Below, one piece after another: positions 10,541-20,543 of a stretch of 64,000 bases of DNA (its first letter is position 1; each line of letters starts with the position of its first letter). The notes under the pieces were generated by a model. That model was not told where the DNA came from and searched no databases. It worked only from the letters and a program-made list of their open reading frames with translations. Origin of the DNA: Candidatus Binatia bacterium (lineage in GTDB: Bacteria > Desulfobacterota > Binatia > UBA9968 > CAXXLF01); NCBI GenBank assembly GCA_963664015.2, contig CAXXLF010000001.1, positions 704,001 to 768,000 on the forward strand. The letters are read 5' to 3'. The position numbers and the translations under genes were made by a program.

Positions 10541-11023
10541 CTAATAAGCGCTCCCGTCCTTCCGTAGAGCTTTTCGCTTACCCTCAGGACCTACTACGAA
10601 CTGGATATCATCGTCCGGATAGTTCACCGAGTCGCCCGTGCTCCGGTCACCGATTTCCAGATAGCTCACGTGACTATCCGAACTATTGACCAGGTGATGC
10701 GCATCGCCTGTACCCGCCTTGAAGCCCGCGCACATACCGGCCTGGAGCAACGTCTCTCCCGCCTCGGTCACGAGAGTCGGAGCCCCCTCCACAACATAGA
10801 TGAACTCGTCCTGGCGCGCATGCGCGTGCCGCAGTGCTGAAGATTCCCCGGGAGCGAGGCGAGTGAGATTCACCCCGAAGTTGGTTAGGCCGAATATATC
10901 TCCAAGCGGGCGTTTCTGACGGCTTCCCATGCGCGAAGCGAATGGCTCAGGGTAATAGGCAGGCCTAATCCGTTGCGGAGCGTCCGCTGCGGTGATCGAG
11001 ACCGGGTATTTTAGCTGTTCCAT
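10541..11023 (-). CDS. Cupin domain protein
   Basis: FGVNLTRLAPG.SSALRHAH..QDEF, AHHLVN, YPDDD. Confidence 0.88.
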   Translation of the reverse strand: MEQLKYPVSITAADAPQRIRPAYYPEPFASRMGSRQKRPLGDIFGLTNFGVNLTRLAPGESSALRHAHARQDEFIYVVEGAPTLVTEAGETLLQAGMCAGFKAGTGDAHHLVNSSDSHVSYLEIGDRSTGDSVNYPDDDIQFVVGPEGKRKALRKDGSAY

Positions 11024-11167
11024 TACGATTCCTCCAAAAGCATTTTAATTTCATGGCCTCAACTGGCGTTAAGGCTTAATTATGCATGTTTTTGTATATT
11101 CCGGCGGCTTGATGCCTGGTACCGGTAACCTACCCTGTTGCCATGCGTTGGACCGACCTGCCATAAA

Positions 11168-11590
11168 TTAGACCTGGTAATCCAATTTCGCCAATTTAAT
11201 TCCTTCAAGCGCACAGGCTTCATCTTCATCACCCGTGCCGCCCGTAACACCTACCGCCCCGATAATTTCACCGCTTTGAAGAATCAGCACGCCGCCAGGC
11301 ACCGAAACCACTTTGCCGCCGGCCATATCGGACAAGGCCCCCAAGAAAGCCACCCGGTCCTTCAACCGCTCTCCCAAACGTCGGCTGGACTCCCCCATCC
11401 CAAGTGCACCCCAGGCCTTTCCCGTTGCAATCTGCGGGCGCAGGATACTCGACCCGTCTTCCCGCTTCAGCGCTTTCAAGTGACCCCCCTCATCCAGCAC
11501 CGCTACGGTCATGGGCTTGTATTTCATCTCCCTCGCCTTAGCGAGCGTCCCGTCCGCAATGATTGATGATTTTTCCAGTGTCAGTTTCAT
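11168..11590 (-). CDS. GlcG/HbpS-family heme-binding protein
   Basis: VAVLDEGGHL..REDG, KAWGA, PGGVLI, GAVGVTG..DE.CA. Confidence 0.88.
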   Translation of the reverse strand: MKLTLEKSSIIADGTLAKAREMKYKPMTVAVLDEGGHLKALKREDGSSILRPQIATGKAWGALGMGESSRRLGERLKDRVAFLGALSDMAGGKVVSVPGGVLILQSGEIIGAVGVTGGTGDEDEACALEGIKLAKLDYQV

Positions 11591-12141
11591 CGAGATTCCT
11601 CCAACTACAGTTTAACAGAAGTTAAGTGATCCTCACAAATAACCGGTTATTAAAAAATAGCAAAATGCATGCCTAACCTCAGACTTATCTTCACCTGGCT
11701 TTTACTAGGACTCTTGCCTTGCGCCGGTTGGTTTCTGACCAGTCTATAGACAACAGCCCGCCAGGGTTGGAGTAACTCTTGGATCGCCACGCGATAGAAT
11801 AATATGAATGGCCGATAGCAGAGAGGTAAAGCCTGTGCGTGCGCTCGAAAAAGCCGACCGTATGGAAGGTATGGGGAAAGCTTAGATGAGTGACGTCCAG
11901 GTGATGCATAAACTCACGGCAAAGCGTGGATAAGGCCGTTTTGCTCGATGTTCAGCGCTTCTTCATAGCTGTACGGGTCCTGACCCTGATTCTTGCCCGC
12001 TGAAAGTCATCGTCGCCAAACACCCATAAGAATCAAGCGCAGACTTGCCCTCTATCCGACTTACTCATCCGACATTGCACCGTCCAACTTGAATATGTTA
12101 CTGACTGGGCCTGATGCACCACAAACAAAAGGAGTCCCGAG

Positions 12142-13572
12142 ATGCCTTATAAAGATCTGAGAGAGTTTGTTGCAGCCCTGGACCGGAACCATGAGCTTCG
12201 AGTCGTCGAAGAAGCGGATTGGGATCTGGAAATAGGCACCATTACCGAGCTCAACTATGAACGCAAGGGGCCCGCGCTCCTCTTCGATCGGATAAAGGGA
12301 TATCCCAAGGGATACCGCATCCTCACCAACCCGACTGAGACGCTGAGCCGGTCCCTTCTCTCCATTGATCTTCCGCTGGAACTGGACACGGACGCGGCGC
12401 TGGCTGCGTACGAGAAGAAGATAGCCTCCTATCAGCCCGTACCACCACGAGTGGTGACAACAGGGTCTGTTTTCGAAAACGTCTTTGAAGGCGCAGAAAT
12501 CGATCTGGAAAAGTTTCCCACCCCCAAGTGGCACGAAGACGACGGTGGCAGGTACCTTGGAACCGGCTGCGTCGTCATTATGCGCGACCCCGATCACGGC
12601 GGCATCAACTTCGGGACCTATCGGGTCATGCTCCATGATAAAAACACGGTGGGGCTCTACATCACGCCCAATCACACGGGCGCCATCATTCTCAGGAAGT
12701 ATTGGGAGAAAGGCCAGAGCTGCCCCGTGGCGATTTCCTTGGGACAAGAACCGGTCATGTTTCTCGGCGCCGCTCCCTATCTAGGCGAGAAAAGGGGAAT
12801 GTCCAAATACGACCTGGTCGGTCATTTCCGCGGTGAGCCGGTGGAAGTAGTGAACGAAGAGATCACCGGGCTTCCCATCCCCGCATCCGCCGAGGCGGTC
12901 CTCGTCGGCGAGGTCGCGCCTCCCGAAGTTGAAGCGAGGCCCGAGGGTCCCTTCGGCGAGTGGACGGGCTATTACGCCTCCGGGACACGGCCCGAACCGG
13001 TCATTCACGTAAAGAGGCTCTACCATCGCAACGATCCCATTCTATTGGGAGTGCCTCCGGTGAGGTTTCGGGGCGCCACCGCCCATTTCGGACTCCCCGT
13101 GGAGAGCAACTACATCAAGGAGAAGCTACAGAAGGCAGGCGTAGAAGACGTCATCGAGGTGTGGAACTTGGCGGTGCCCGGAGTGACAGTCGTCCAGATC
13201 CGCCAGCGTTATCCGGGGCATGCGATGAAGGCCGCCCTGGCCGCCTCCGGGGCTTATATGGGACGGTTCGTCGTGGTAGTGGACGAGGATATTAATCCCC
13301 GAGACCCTGAAGATGTGCTCTGGGCCATAGGGACCCGGTGCGATCCGGAGACGACCATCACGATCTTGAAAAGCTGCCAGTCCAGTGCCCTCGACCCCCG
13401 AATTCCACCGGATCGAAAACTGAGAAAAGACTTAACGAGCTCCCGCGCAATTATAGACGCGTGCAAGCCTTACGACTGGATTAAAAAGTTTCCCAAGACA
13501 AACATCGCAAGCCCGGAACTTCGTACCGCGGCCCTCGAAAAGTGGAAGGACCTGTTCACGCCAATAACGTAA
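12142..13572 (+). CDS. UbiD-family prFMN-dependent decarboxylase
   Basis: EGPFGEWTGYY, GTYR, VVVDEDI...WAIGTRCDP; AAGGAG RBS. Confidence 0.93.
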   Translation: MPYKDLREFVAALDRNHELRVVEEADWDLEIGTITELNYERKGPALLFDRIKGYPKGYRILTNPTETLSRSLLSIDLPLELDTDAALAAYEKKIASYQPVPPRVVTTGSVFENVFEGAEIDLEKFPTPKWHEDDGGRYLGTGCVVIMRDPDHGGINFGTYRVMLHDKNTVGLYITPNHTGAIILRKYWEKGQSCPVAISLGQEPVMFLGAAPYLGEKRGMSKYDLVGHFRGEPVEVVNEEITGLPIPASAEAVLVGEVAPPEVEARPEGPFGEWTGYYASGTRPEPVIHVKRLYHRNDPILLGVPPVRFRGATAHFGLPVESNYIKEKLQKAGVEDVIEVWNLAVPGVTVVQIRQRYPGHAMKAALAASGAYMGRFVVVVDEDINPRDPEDVLWAIGTRCDPETTITILKSCQSSALDPRIPPDRKLRKDLTSSRAIIDACKPYDWIKKFPKTNIASPELRTAALEKWKDLFTPIT

Positions 13573-13773
13573 CATGCTCCGTGCTGGAGTCAGCAAGGGT
13601 AAAATGCGAGGCAGCCCGCTCCCATCTTCGGACATGTTTTACAGCAATTTGTCAACAAAAGACTTGACCCATTACGCGGAGCCTCGCTGCTCTACCTCCC
13701 TCTCGGCCGGTATCTTGCTGGCTCTGTGCCTGGGAGCGGATGGGGTCGAGGCGGATGCGGTGGCCTTTTTCTA

Positions 13774-14330
13774 ATTTTAGGGGGAATTCGGCGAGGATCT
13801 GCCAGAGACCGGTAGGCGCGTCGAGGACAAGTCCGTCTGTACAGCATGACGATCAGAGCTACCGGGAGTTGAATAGCCGGTCATCTTCGAGGATCTCGTA
13901 GGAGTCCCGCCGGCCGTGGGGGTCGTCGTAGAGAATGATGTGGGCGTCAACGGCGTCCCGTTGGATCTTCAAATGCATGACTGCTACCCCACCGTCAGGA
14001 TCGTCCACGCGGTTGTGTACGATAAAAAGCACCAGCCCTTCTCTTGTATGACCGAAAAAGATCAGCGAGGTATCGTCACGGAGCGCAGGGCCTCGCTCGC
14101 CGTACTAATACATGTACGACTCCCCGTAGGCATGGACCTCCCACGCAGTTTTACGGCTAAAGTCGGCGGCTTCGACGGTACCCAGTATGTTTGCATCGAA
14201 ATCACCGGCGCCGGGAGCAGACTCCTGGGATACACGGATCCTTGCTGCCTGGGTTACCGAGGGGACAGCAACCAGAATGATGAAAAGCAATCCAAAAAGA
14301 CTCAGCACGGTGCGCTGTTTTATCGGATTC
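13774..14330 (-). pseudogene. Secreted hypothetical protein with multiple in-frame stops
   Basis: Signal-like LFGLLFIILVAVPSVTQA; the frame continues past TAG 14105-14107 (YGERGPAL...HNRVDDPDGG...DDP) and through more stops to CCTDG; boundaries approximate. Confidence 0.45.
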
Positions 14331-14357
14331 CTTTGATCAGTTAGATAACACTCGCCT

Positions 14358-14735
14358 CTATGCCATGCGCCCGAGCGCCGCTCCGGCAAACAAGGCGATT
14401 ATCCCAATGCCGTTATGTACCGCCACATTCAGTGCCGCAACTAACCATTCGGAGGAACGGACCATCGCACCGATCTCGAAGATCATCGTTGAGAAGGTGG
14501 TAAAGGCTCCCAGGAAACCCACCAAAACCAGTATCCGCGTCTGCGGGGCAACGGGCCACCGGCCCTCGAACAGCGCCCAGAAAAGGCCAGCCAGGAAGCA
14601 CCCGGTGAGATTGACGGTAAGGGTCCCCCAGGGAAAGGAGGTGCCGTTAAACCGGTGAACGAATCCCGCCAGCCCGTAGCGGGCCACTGTTCCCAGCGCT
14701 CCCGCCAGTGCGAGCCACGCAATTCTCTGAATCAT
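14358..14735 (-). CDS. crcB: Fluoride channel Fluc/CrcB
   Basis: GALGTVARY, FPWGTLTVNLTG, GFLGAFTTFS signature. Confidence 0.95.
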   Translation of the reverse strand: MIQRIAWLALAGALGTVARYGLAGFVHRFNGTSFPWGTLTVNLTGCFLAGLFWALFEGRWPVAPQTRILVLVGFLGAFTTFSTMIFEIGAMVRSSEWLVAALNVAVHNGIGIIALFAGAALGRMA

Positions 14736-15211
14736 GGTTGGAGTTCCCCTTTCACATTGAATATTCCGGGCCACTTAGCCATGCCTAGCTCTTTACATCG
14801 CTTTACATAGTCGGGCGTAAACTTAGCCGAACAGATCTCCGGCTTTTGAACCGCTTTCCACTTGAGCCCGACGACGATCCTTTGAATGCTCTGGTGGGCA
14901 CCGTTACCGTCGTTGCCCGCACGGATGAAGATCGCGTAGGGCAATCGGTCGGTCTTGTCCAGGCAGGGATAATAGATACGGTCGAAAAAGTCCTTCAGAG
15001 CGCCGCGCATATAACTGAAGTTTTCCGTCGTCCCGAGGATCACGGCGTTGGCCCACATGACATCGTCGAGGGTAGCTGCCAACGGATTTTGAAACCGCAC
15101 CTACACTCCCTCGATATCCGGGTGGGACGCGCCCCGAAGCACCGCTTCGGTCAGCTCTCGCGCGTGGTCCGAGAGCGTATTGGTGACGATTAAAAGGTGT
15201 TTTCTAACCAT
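14732..15211 (-). pseudogene. Flavodoxin/WrbA-like protein with in-frame TAG
   Basis: MVRKHLLIV...HPDIEGV-TAG(15101-15103)-VRF...GTTENFSYMRGALKDFFDRIYYPCL...AGNDG; C-terminus also looks altered. Confidence 0.8.
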
Positions 15212-15354
15212 CTCCGGTTGATTTCTTATCAGGTGATGGATCTCGCCCTTGCGAACGAATTTCCCTTCGCATAGTATCTCGTCACAAGAAACTCGTGGAA
15301 TCAAGCTTTCTTTTTTACGCCAACCGTTCGAACCGTAGCGAGAAGGGGGGGATT

Positions 15355-16152
15355 ATGCTGGCAGAAGTAACCTTCGGCAAGGGGAAAAAGGCTTATCTCG
15401 GCAAACCGGATAGCACGGAAAAACGGCCCGCCGTGGTCCAGCTCCACGAGCGCTACGGGATCGTCAAACACACCACGGACCTGACCCAGAAACTCGCCGA
15501 CGGTGGTTATGTCGGCTTCGCACCGGATCTCTTCTTCCGTTTTACCGGAAACCGAAAGGCCCTGGCCGAAGGTGACGCAGCGGCCGAGATACGGGACGAC
15601 GAGGCGCTCATCGATATAGACGAGGCGATTGCCTATCTACGGACACTGGACTTTGTCGATCCCGACCGGATCGCAGTGATGGGGGTGTGCCAGACAGGAA
15701 GGCAGCCGATTCTAGCAGCGGCGCACCGAAACGACTTGATGGCGATTCTCGTTCTTTACGGAGGTATCTACCAACGGGATTGGGTGGCTCACGAAGAACG
15801 GCCGGAAACCATCAGCGACATGATTGAACGCATGAACTGCCCGGTCCTGGGACTTTTCGGTGAAGGGGATCATATCATCTCCTGTGACGATGTCCTTCGA
15901 TTCCGCAATCATCTGGAGCAGAACAAGAAGAGCTATCACATTCGTCTATACAAGGAAGCCCCCCATGGGTGGCTCAATGACACCATGCCCGGAAGATATC
16001 GGCCGGAAGCTGCCAGGGACGCCTGGCAACTGCTGCTTTCGTTCCTTGGGAAGGTCTCCGACAATGGATGGGATCGGGACCGGGTCCTTTGGACCTTCGA
16101 TAGCGACATGTCTCCCGATTACGACTTCACCAAGAAAAAACGCTTGGCCTAG
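15355..16152 (+). CDS. Dienelactone hydrolase family protein
   Basis: HERYG, APDLF, GVCQTG nucleophile elbow, GEGD, APHGW. Confidence 0.9.
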   Translation: MLAEVTFGKGKKAYLGKPDSTEKRPAVVQLHERYGIVKHTTDLTQKLADGGYVGFAPDLFFRFTGNRKALAEGDAAAEIRDDEALIDIDEAIAYLRTLDFVDPDRIAVMGVCQTGRQPILAAAHRNDLMAILVLYGGIYQRDWVAHEERPETISDMIERMNCPVLGLFGEGDHIISCDDVLRFRNHLEQNKKSYHIRLYKEAPHGWLNDTMPGRYRPEAARDAWQLLLSFLGKVSDNGWDRDRVLWTFDSDMSPDYDFTKKKRLA

Positions 16153-16410
16153 TCTTCCACTATGGCAGGCCCCATTCACCCCAGCGGGCCGCGATCTTAC
16201 CCATGTACTCCCGGCTCGACAAGTGTCGGGTTTTCAACGACTTATGCTCCGCTAGGGTCGTACGGAGGCGTACAATTTTTGACAGTGGACACGGGCATTG
16301 TTCGGCCAGGACGATTCCCCATATGTGCAACGTTTTCTCATCCTCCTATTGGAAAAACTCTCCTATTGCAGTATGGCGGTGTTATTTAATCGAAAAAGGA
16401 GGACTTCCCC

Positions 16411-17235
16411 ATGACTGACACCATTGGTGACGAACACCCTGGACTTGGAAACGGATTTGGAAGGCTAAAGGATAAGGTCGCTATCGTCACTGGAGCCAAT
16501 AGTGGTATTGGGCGAGCCACGGCGCGACTTTTCGCCCGCGAAGGCGCCAAGGTAGTCTGTTGCGACATTCAAGAGACCCTATCTCCCAGAGTGGACAGGC
16601 TTATCGAACAGGACGGTGGTCACGCCACATTTGCAGCCATCGATGTGACTCGTCAGACCGACTGTGACCGAATGATCCGCACGGCGTTAGAACAGTACGG
16701 TGGTCTGGATATTCTCTTCAACAACGCCGGCGGGGGAGTACGTAAGAAAATCCATGAATTTACCGACGAAGAGTGGAACTTCGTAATAGAATTGAATTTG
16801 AACGCCATTTTTCGCGGCGTGCGGGCTGCCATACCCCATTTTCTTAAATCAGGCAGAGGCAACATTGTGAATACGGCATCGACATTTGGACTCCTGGCCA
16901 CGGATCAATACCCCGCCTACTGCGCGACAAAGGCGGCGGTCGTCAACCTGACCCGGCAGATGGCCCTGGATTACGGCCCCAGTGGAATTCGCGTCAACTG
17001 CGTGTGCCCCGGTTCTACGGTTACTTCACGTTTCCGAGGGTTTCCTCCCCGCCCATCCCTGGAGCAGGCGACGAAAGAACAGTTGGAACGGATGGGAAAA
17101 AATAATCGTGCCTTGCAGCGGATGGCGAGACCCGAGGAGATCGCCTACGGTGTGCTGTTCCTGGCGTCCGACGAGGCTTCGTTTGTAACCGGACACGCAC
17201 TGGTCATCGACGGCGGCCAAACCATCGACGCGTGA
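16411..17235 (+). CDS. Short-chain dehydrogenase/reductase
   Basis: TGANSGIG, NNAG, YCATK, IRVNCVCPG, DGG. Confidence 0.93.
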   Translation: MTDTIGDEHPGLGNGFGRLKDKVAIVTGANSGIGRATARLFAREGAKVVCCDIQETLSPRVDRLIEQDGGHATFAAIDVTRQTDCDRMIRTALEQYGGLDILFNNAGGGVRKKIHEFTDEEWNFVIELNLNAIFRGVRAAIPHFLKSGRGNIVNTASTFGLLATDQYPAYCATKAAVVNLTRQMALDYGPSGIRVNCVCPGSTVTSRFRGFPPRPSLEQATKEQLERMGKNNRALQRMARPEEIAYGVLFLASDEASFVTGHALVIDGGQTIDA

Positions 17236-17245
17236 CACTTAAACT

Positions 17246-17451
17246 CGCAAAGCGCATAGCGCAAGATGAAAGCAAGCAGAATGCAGCAACCAGGTGGCAG
17301 TAGGCAGGAAAGACAGTGTTCAGTGAATATAGCTGTCAGCGATCAGCCTTCAGCTTTGAAATCTCTTGCTGCCAATTGCTACCTGTCTTTCTAAATTCCG
17401 TAGTCCTGTAGTCGGCAGTCAGTCGTCCCGAATCCAAGGCGACGCTTTGCG
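17246..17451. repeat. Nested palindromic arrays of short tandem repeats
   Basis: cgcaaagcg 17246-17254 with cgctttgcg 17443-17451; caggtggcagtaggcag 17291-17307 with ctgccaattgctacctg 17369-17385; internal TCAGC heptamer run 17332-17354. Confidence 0.6.
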
Positions 17452-17473
17452 CGAGGGGCCTTTTGGACGGGGG

Positions 17474-18142
17474 CTATGAATAAGCCTCATACAACCCGTC
17501 GAACTTTCCCAGTTTGATCCGCACCATAAAATGGGCGCTCTCCCGGACCAGCCGCTCATCCCGAGGTGTCTTGATATAGCCTGCTATCAATTGAGCGGAC
17601 GGCTCCGTGTGCTCCTTGTCCGCCTGCATGTGGACGGTAAAGAACTCAAGGTCGTGATCCCCCAGACCGTAGTGCTTACGCTGGTTGGTGCTGAACTCTT
17701 CCGAGTAGCAGCAGTCCATACTCTCGCTGGTAAGCGACGATGCGCGATTGACCATGGGGACCCCCAGGAGCATGTTACGTACGGTCCTGCAGGTATGGAT
17801 ATGGCACTCAAAGATCTGCGACGCGTCCACAAAGTCCGCCTCCTTTAAACCGATGGCGAGGCCGATGCGCTTGGCCATATCGGGGTGAGACTCTTCCTCA
17901 TGGAACTGGGTTAGGGATCGTTCCTAAAGCTCGGGATCGTAGGCGTTCTTTACCATGCCAAGGACGAAGCCCTTCAGTATGGCCTTATTGTAGAGGCAGT
18001 GCTGGATCGCCCATCCTTGCAGCCGACCGATGGAGAGCTTTCCCTCTCTGAACTCCGAGAAATAGCGGCTCTCCATGAGGCGCTCGACCCCCGGGTGAAT
18101 GACTTCCTTTCGTACCGAATCAACAACCGTTTTACCATCCAC
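17474..18142 (-). pseudogene. PqqC/TenA-like (heme-oxygenase-like diiron) protein with one in-frame TAG
   Basis: ORFs 17924..18142 and 17474..17878 share a frame: DPEL-TAG(17924-17926)-ERSLTQFHEEESH...FFTVHMQADKEH. Confidence 0.75.
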
Positions 18143-18297
18143 GTGAGAGTTCCTCCTCCTTATAAGTATATGAGTCGTTTAACAAAGATGGTATGTTCTA
18201 TATGATGGTTAATGCTAAATTGGGTCTTTTAGTCTCCCATAATCCGGTGAGCCCCAGGGGAGGCTCTATCAATAAAGGGCAGCTGGATCAATGATAG

Positions 18298-18666
18298 ATG
18301 GATGAAACACGGTTGGAAACGGAGATCGGCCGGATCGTGGACCAGCTGCCCGTAGAGTTTCGGCTCCATCTGGAGAACCTGGCCATCGTGGTCGAAAAAC
18401 GGCCAACGAAGAGCCAGCTTAAGTCCCTGGGAATCGACCCAGAGCGGGGTACGCTCTACGGCCTCTACGAGGGCACGCCCCTCCCCCAACGATCGGCGGT
18501 CTATCCGCCCCTTTTGCCGGATAAGATCACGATCTATTCGGAGCCGCTGCTCAGTAATTTTCCCGACTCCGATGAGCAGCGCGAGCAGCTACGCCTCACT
18601 GTCTTACACGAGATCGCACATTATTTTGGGATGGATGAAGAAGAAATCGAAAAGTTGGGGTACTGA
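18298..18666 (+). CDS. Zincin-like metallopeptidase (DUF1025/Zincin_1)
   Basis: LYGLYEG.PL, PDKITIY, LHEIAHYFG. Confidence 0.9.
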   Translation: MDETRLETEIGRIVDQLPVEFRLHLENLAIVVEKRPTKSQLKSLGIDPERGTLYGLYEGTPLPQRSAVYPPLLPDKITIYSEPLLSNFPDSDEQREQLRLTVLHEIAHYFGMDEEEIEKLGY

Positions 18667-18697
18667 GACCCACTTTCAAGCCTGCAACACGAAAAAG

Positions 18698-20398
18698 TTA
18701 AGCCTTCCACAAGCGGCGAACCTGAATAAGAATCTCCTCCGCTATTCCGGGCACCAAAGGATTCATTTGCTCTTCAACTTGGGTTTTAACGGACTCATGG
18801 CACTGCTTGCGCCCGTCTTCAACTAGCTTCTCGAACCGGGATTCCCAAAGGGACGCCCGGATTACGGCGGCCGGCAGATCAATGGTTTCCACAAAATCCG
18901 TGATTTTATCTTTTCCGAAGTGCCACGCTGCCCCCGCGGCAACCACGCCGATTACCGCCCCGATCAGGAATCCAATGGGACCGCTGCTTCCCAAAAGAGC
19001 CGAGATGATACACACGCCCAGAGTCTTACCGAACCCGCCGCTTAGGGTTCCCAGGGCGGCGGCGACCGACACGGTGAGCGCCGCCCCTATCGCGTCACCG
19101 TACCCTTGCCCAATGACATCAGCGGAATCATTGGTGCCCCAACCACCTACCCTTTCCCTCAGCTTCTCCGGGGTCTTTAAGCCGGCGATCTCTGTCCCTA
19201 TCCCTTTAAATGTTTCTTCAATGGCAAGGGATAATGTCTGTTGGAATTGGGGCGCAGCCTGTTGGGTGATGAATTCCCCGATTGCCGGAGCAAAGGATTC
19301 GGTGGCTGTATTGATGTCGGATCCTAAATCGCTTATTTTTCCACCCTCCTCACGGAAGGTGCGGAGCCGGGTGGAGATTCTTCTATCATAAAGTTCCGTG
19401 GTCACGTACGAAGCGATTTCGTCTCCCAATGTGGTTATAGATTCTCTAACCTCTCTCACAATCAGAGATCGGATGGGGGACGCTAAGATGTCGCCATAGT
19501 AGCGATTGAAAAGAAGCGGTAGACGGTCCTTTAACTTTTCAATTTTGAAACCTTGCCAGGCGGCGAGTGCGGCTCTAGGAATCACAACCACGATAACCAC
19601 CGTGATGGCGAAGAGGTGAATCCACGGGCCCGCCGGATCGCCTTCCGGACCGAGGAGCCGAGAAATTTGCACGCTAGCCTCCAGTTCCCAACCGAGCAAG
19701 CGGGAGACAAATAAGCCAGGCCCGAACACAAAGTTGATGATTGCTGAGACTCCCTGCTCTGAACGGATGTAGGTACTGGTCCAAACCACATCATAATCCT
19801 GGAACAGTCCGCGAAAATACATCCCAACGGTAGCCCCGAGAGCCAAACCAGTCGCCCCGTAATGCAAGAGCCTCCACGCACCGGGTAAAATGTAACCAAG
19901 GAAGCAAGGGATGTGTTGCGCGGCGTGGAGAGCGCCGTCCTTGCCCCCCTCCTCCTCTTCGTCTGTCCCTCCGGCTCCCTTTCTCTTGAAACGCGCCAAG
20001 CCAAATGGAAACAGCTTTTTTCGTAGCAGCCAAAGTATCAAGAAGAGGTAGACCAAGAGATTCCAAGCGACAAACAAGGCGACCGGGTTACGGACCAGGT
20101 GAATTTTCTCCACCGGCCCCAGCAGGTTGGTGGCAAAACCAAAGGCAAGGGCGATCAGAAAAACCGGAAGGGAGCAGGGTCGTGAAAATCTCGCCAGAGG
20201 CAATATGGAACGGTACCTTGCGGGCGACCGCTCCATCAGGTAGGAGGCGCGCTTCACAAACCACGCCGATCCGTTGAAATCTTTGCCAGCGTGTTGGATG
20301 GCACCGGTCAGAATCTCACCGGGGAACGCTGCGCTGTCGCACTCCTCAACGGAACGGATCAAAATGATTTGTGCAGCTTGTTCTTCGTTCAACGCCAC
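18698..20398 (-). CDS. DUF2868-like membrane protein
   Basis: N-terminal TM helices, RGL..Y..WTST motif, W..LFA.T....PR; C-terminal helical and Gly-rich region. Confidence 0.55.
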   Translation of the reverse strand: MALNEEQAAQIILIRSVEECDSAAFPGEILTGAIQHAGKDFNGSAWFVKRASYLMERSPARYRSILPLARFSRPCSLPVFLIALAFGFATNLLGPVEKIHLVRNPVALFVAWNLLVYLFLILWLLRKKLFPFGLARFKRKGAGGTDEEEEGGKDGALHAAQHIPCFLGYILPGAWRLLHYGATGLALGATVGMYFRGLFQDYDVVWTSTYIRSEQGVSAIINFVFGPGLFVSRLLGWELEASVQISRLLGPEGDPAGPWIHLFAITVVIVVVIPRAALAAWQGFKIEKLKDRLPLLFNRYYGDILASPIRSLIVREVRESITTLGDEIASYVTTELYDRRISTRLRTFREEGGKISDLGSDINTATESFAPAIGEFITQQAAPQFQQTLSLAIEETFKGIGTEIAGLKTPEKLRERVGGWGTNDSADVIGQGYGDAIGAALTVSVAAALGTLSGGFGKTLGVCIISALLGSSGPIGFLIGAVIGVVAAGAAWHFGKDKITDFVETIDLPAAVIRASLWESRFEKLVEDGRKQCHESVKTQVEEQMNPLVPGIAEEILIQVRRLWKA

Positions 20399-20543
20399 GA
20401 TGAAAACACTTAAACGGTTCGCCCTCCAGTTACAAGCGGGGGGAACCGCAGGATTACGTTGTCCGTATGGCGCGCATACTGGAGAAAACCTTTACTGGTT
20501 TACGTCCGGGTTCTTTCACAGAGGCGAAAAATGGGTTTTGGAA

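Noticed and set aside
11691-12060. Short minus-strand ORF or gene remnant
   Set aside because: No recognisable motif and stops in all frames, so I cannot assign it.
14736-14800. Fluoride riboswitch upstream of crcB
   Set aside because: No GGCGATGG-type core; the region is the 3' end of the flavodoxin pseudogene.
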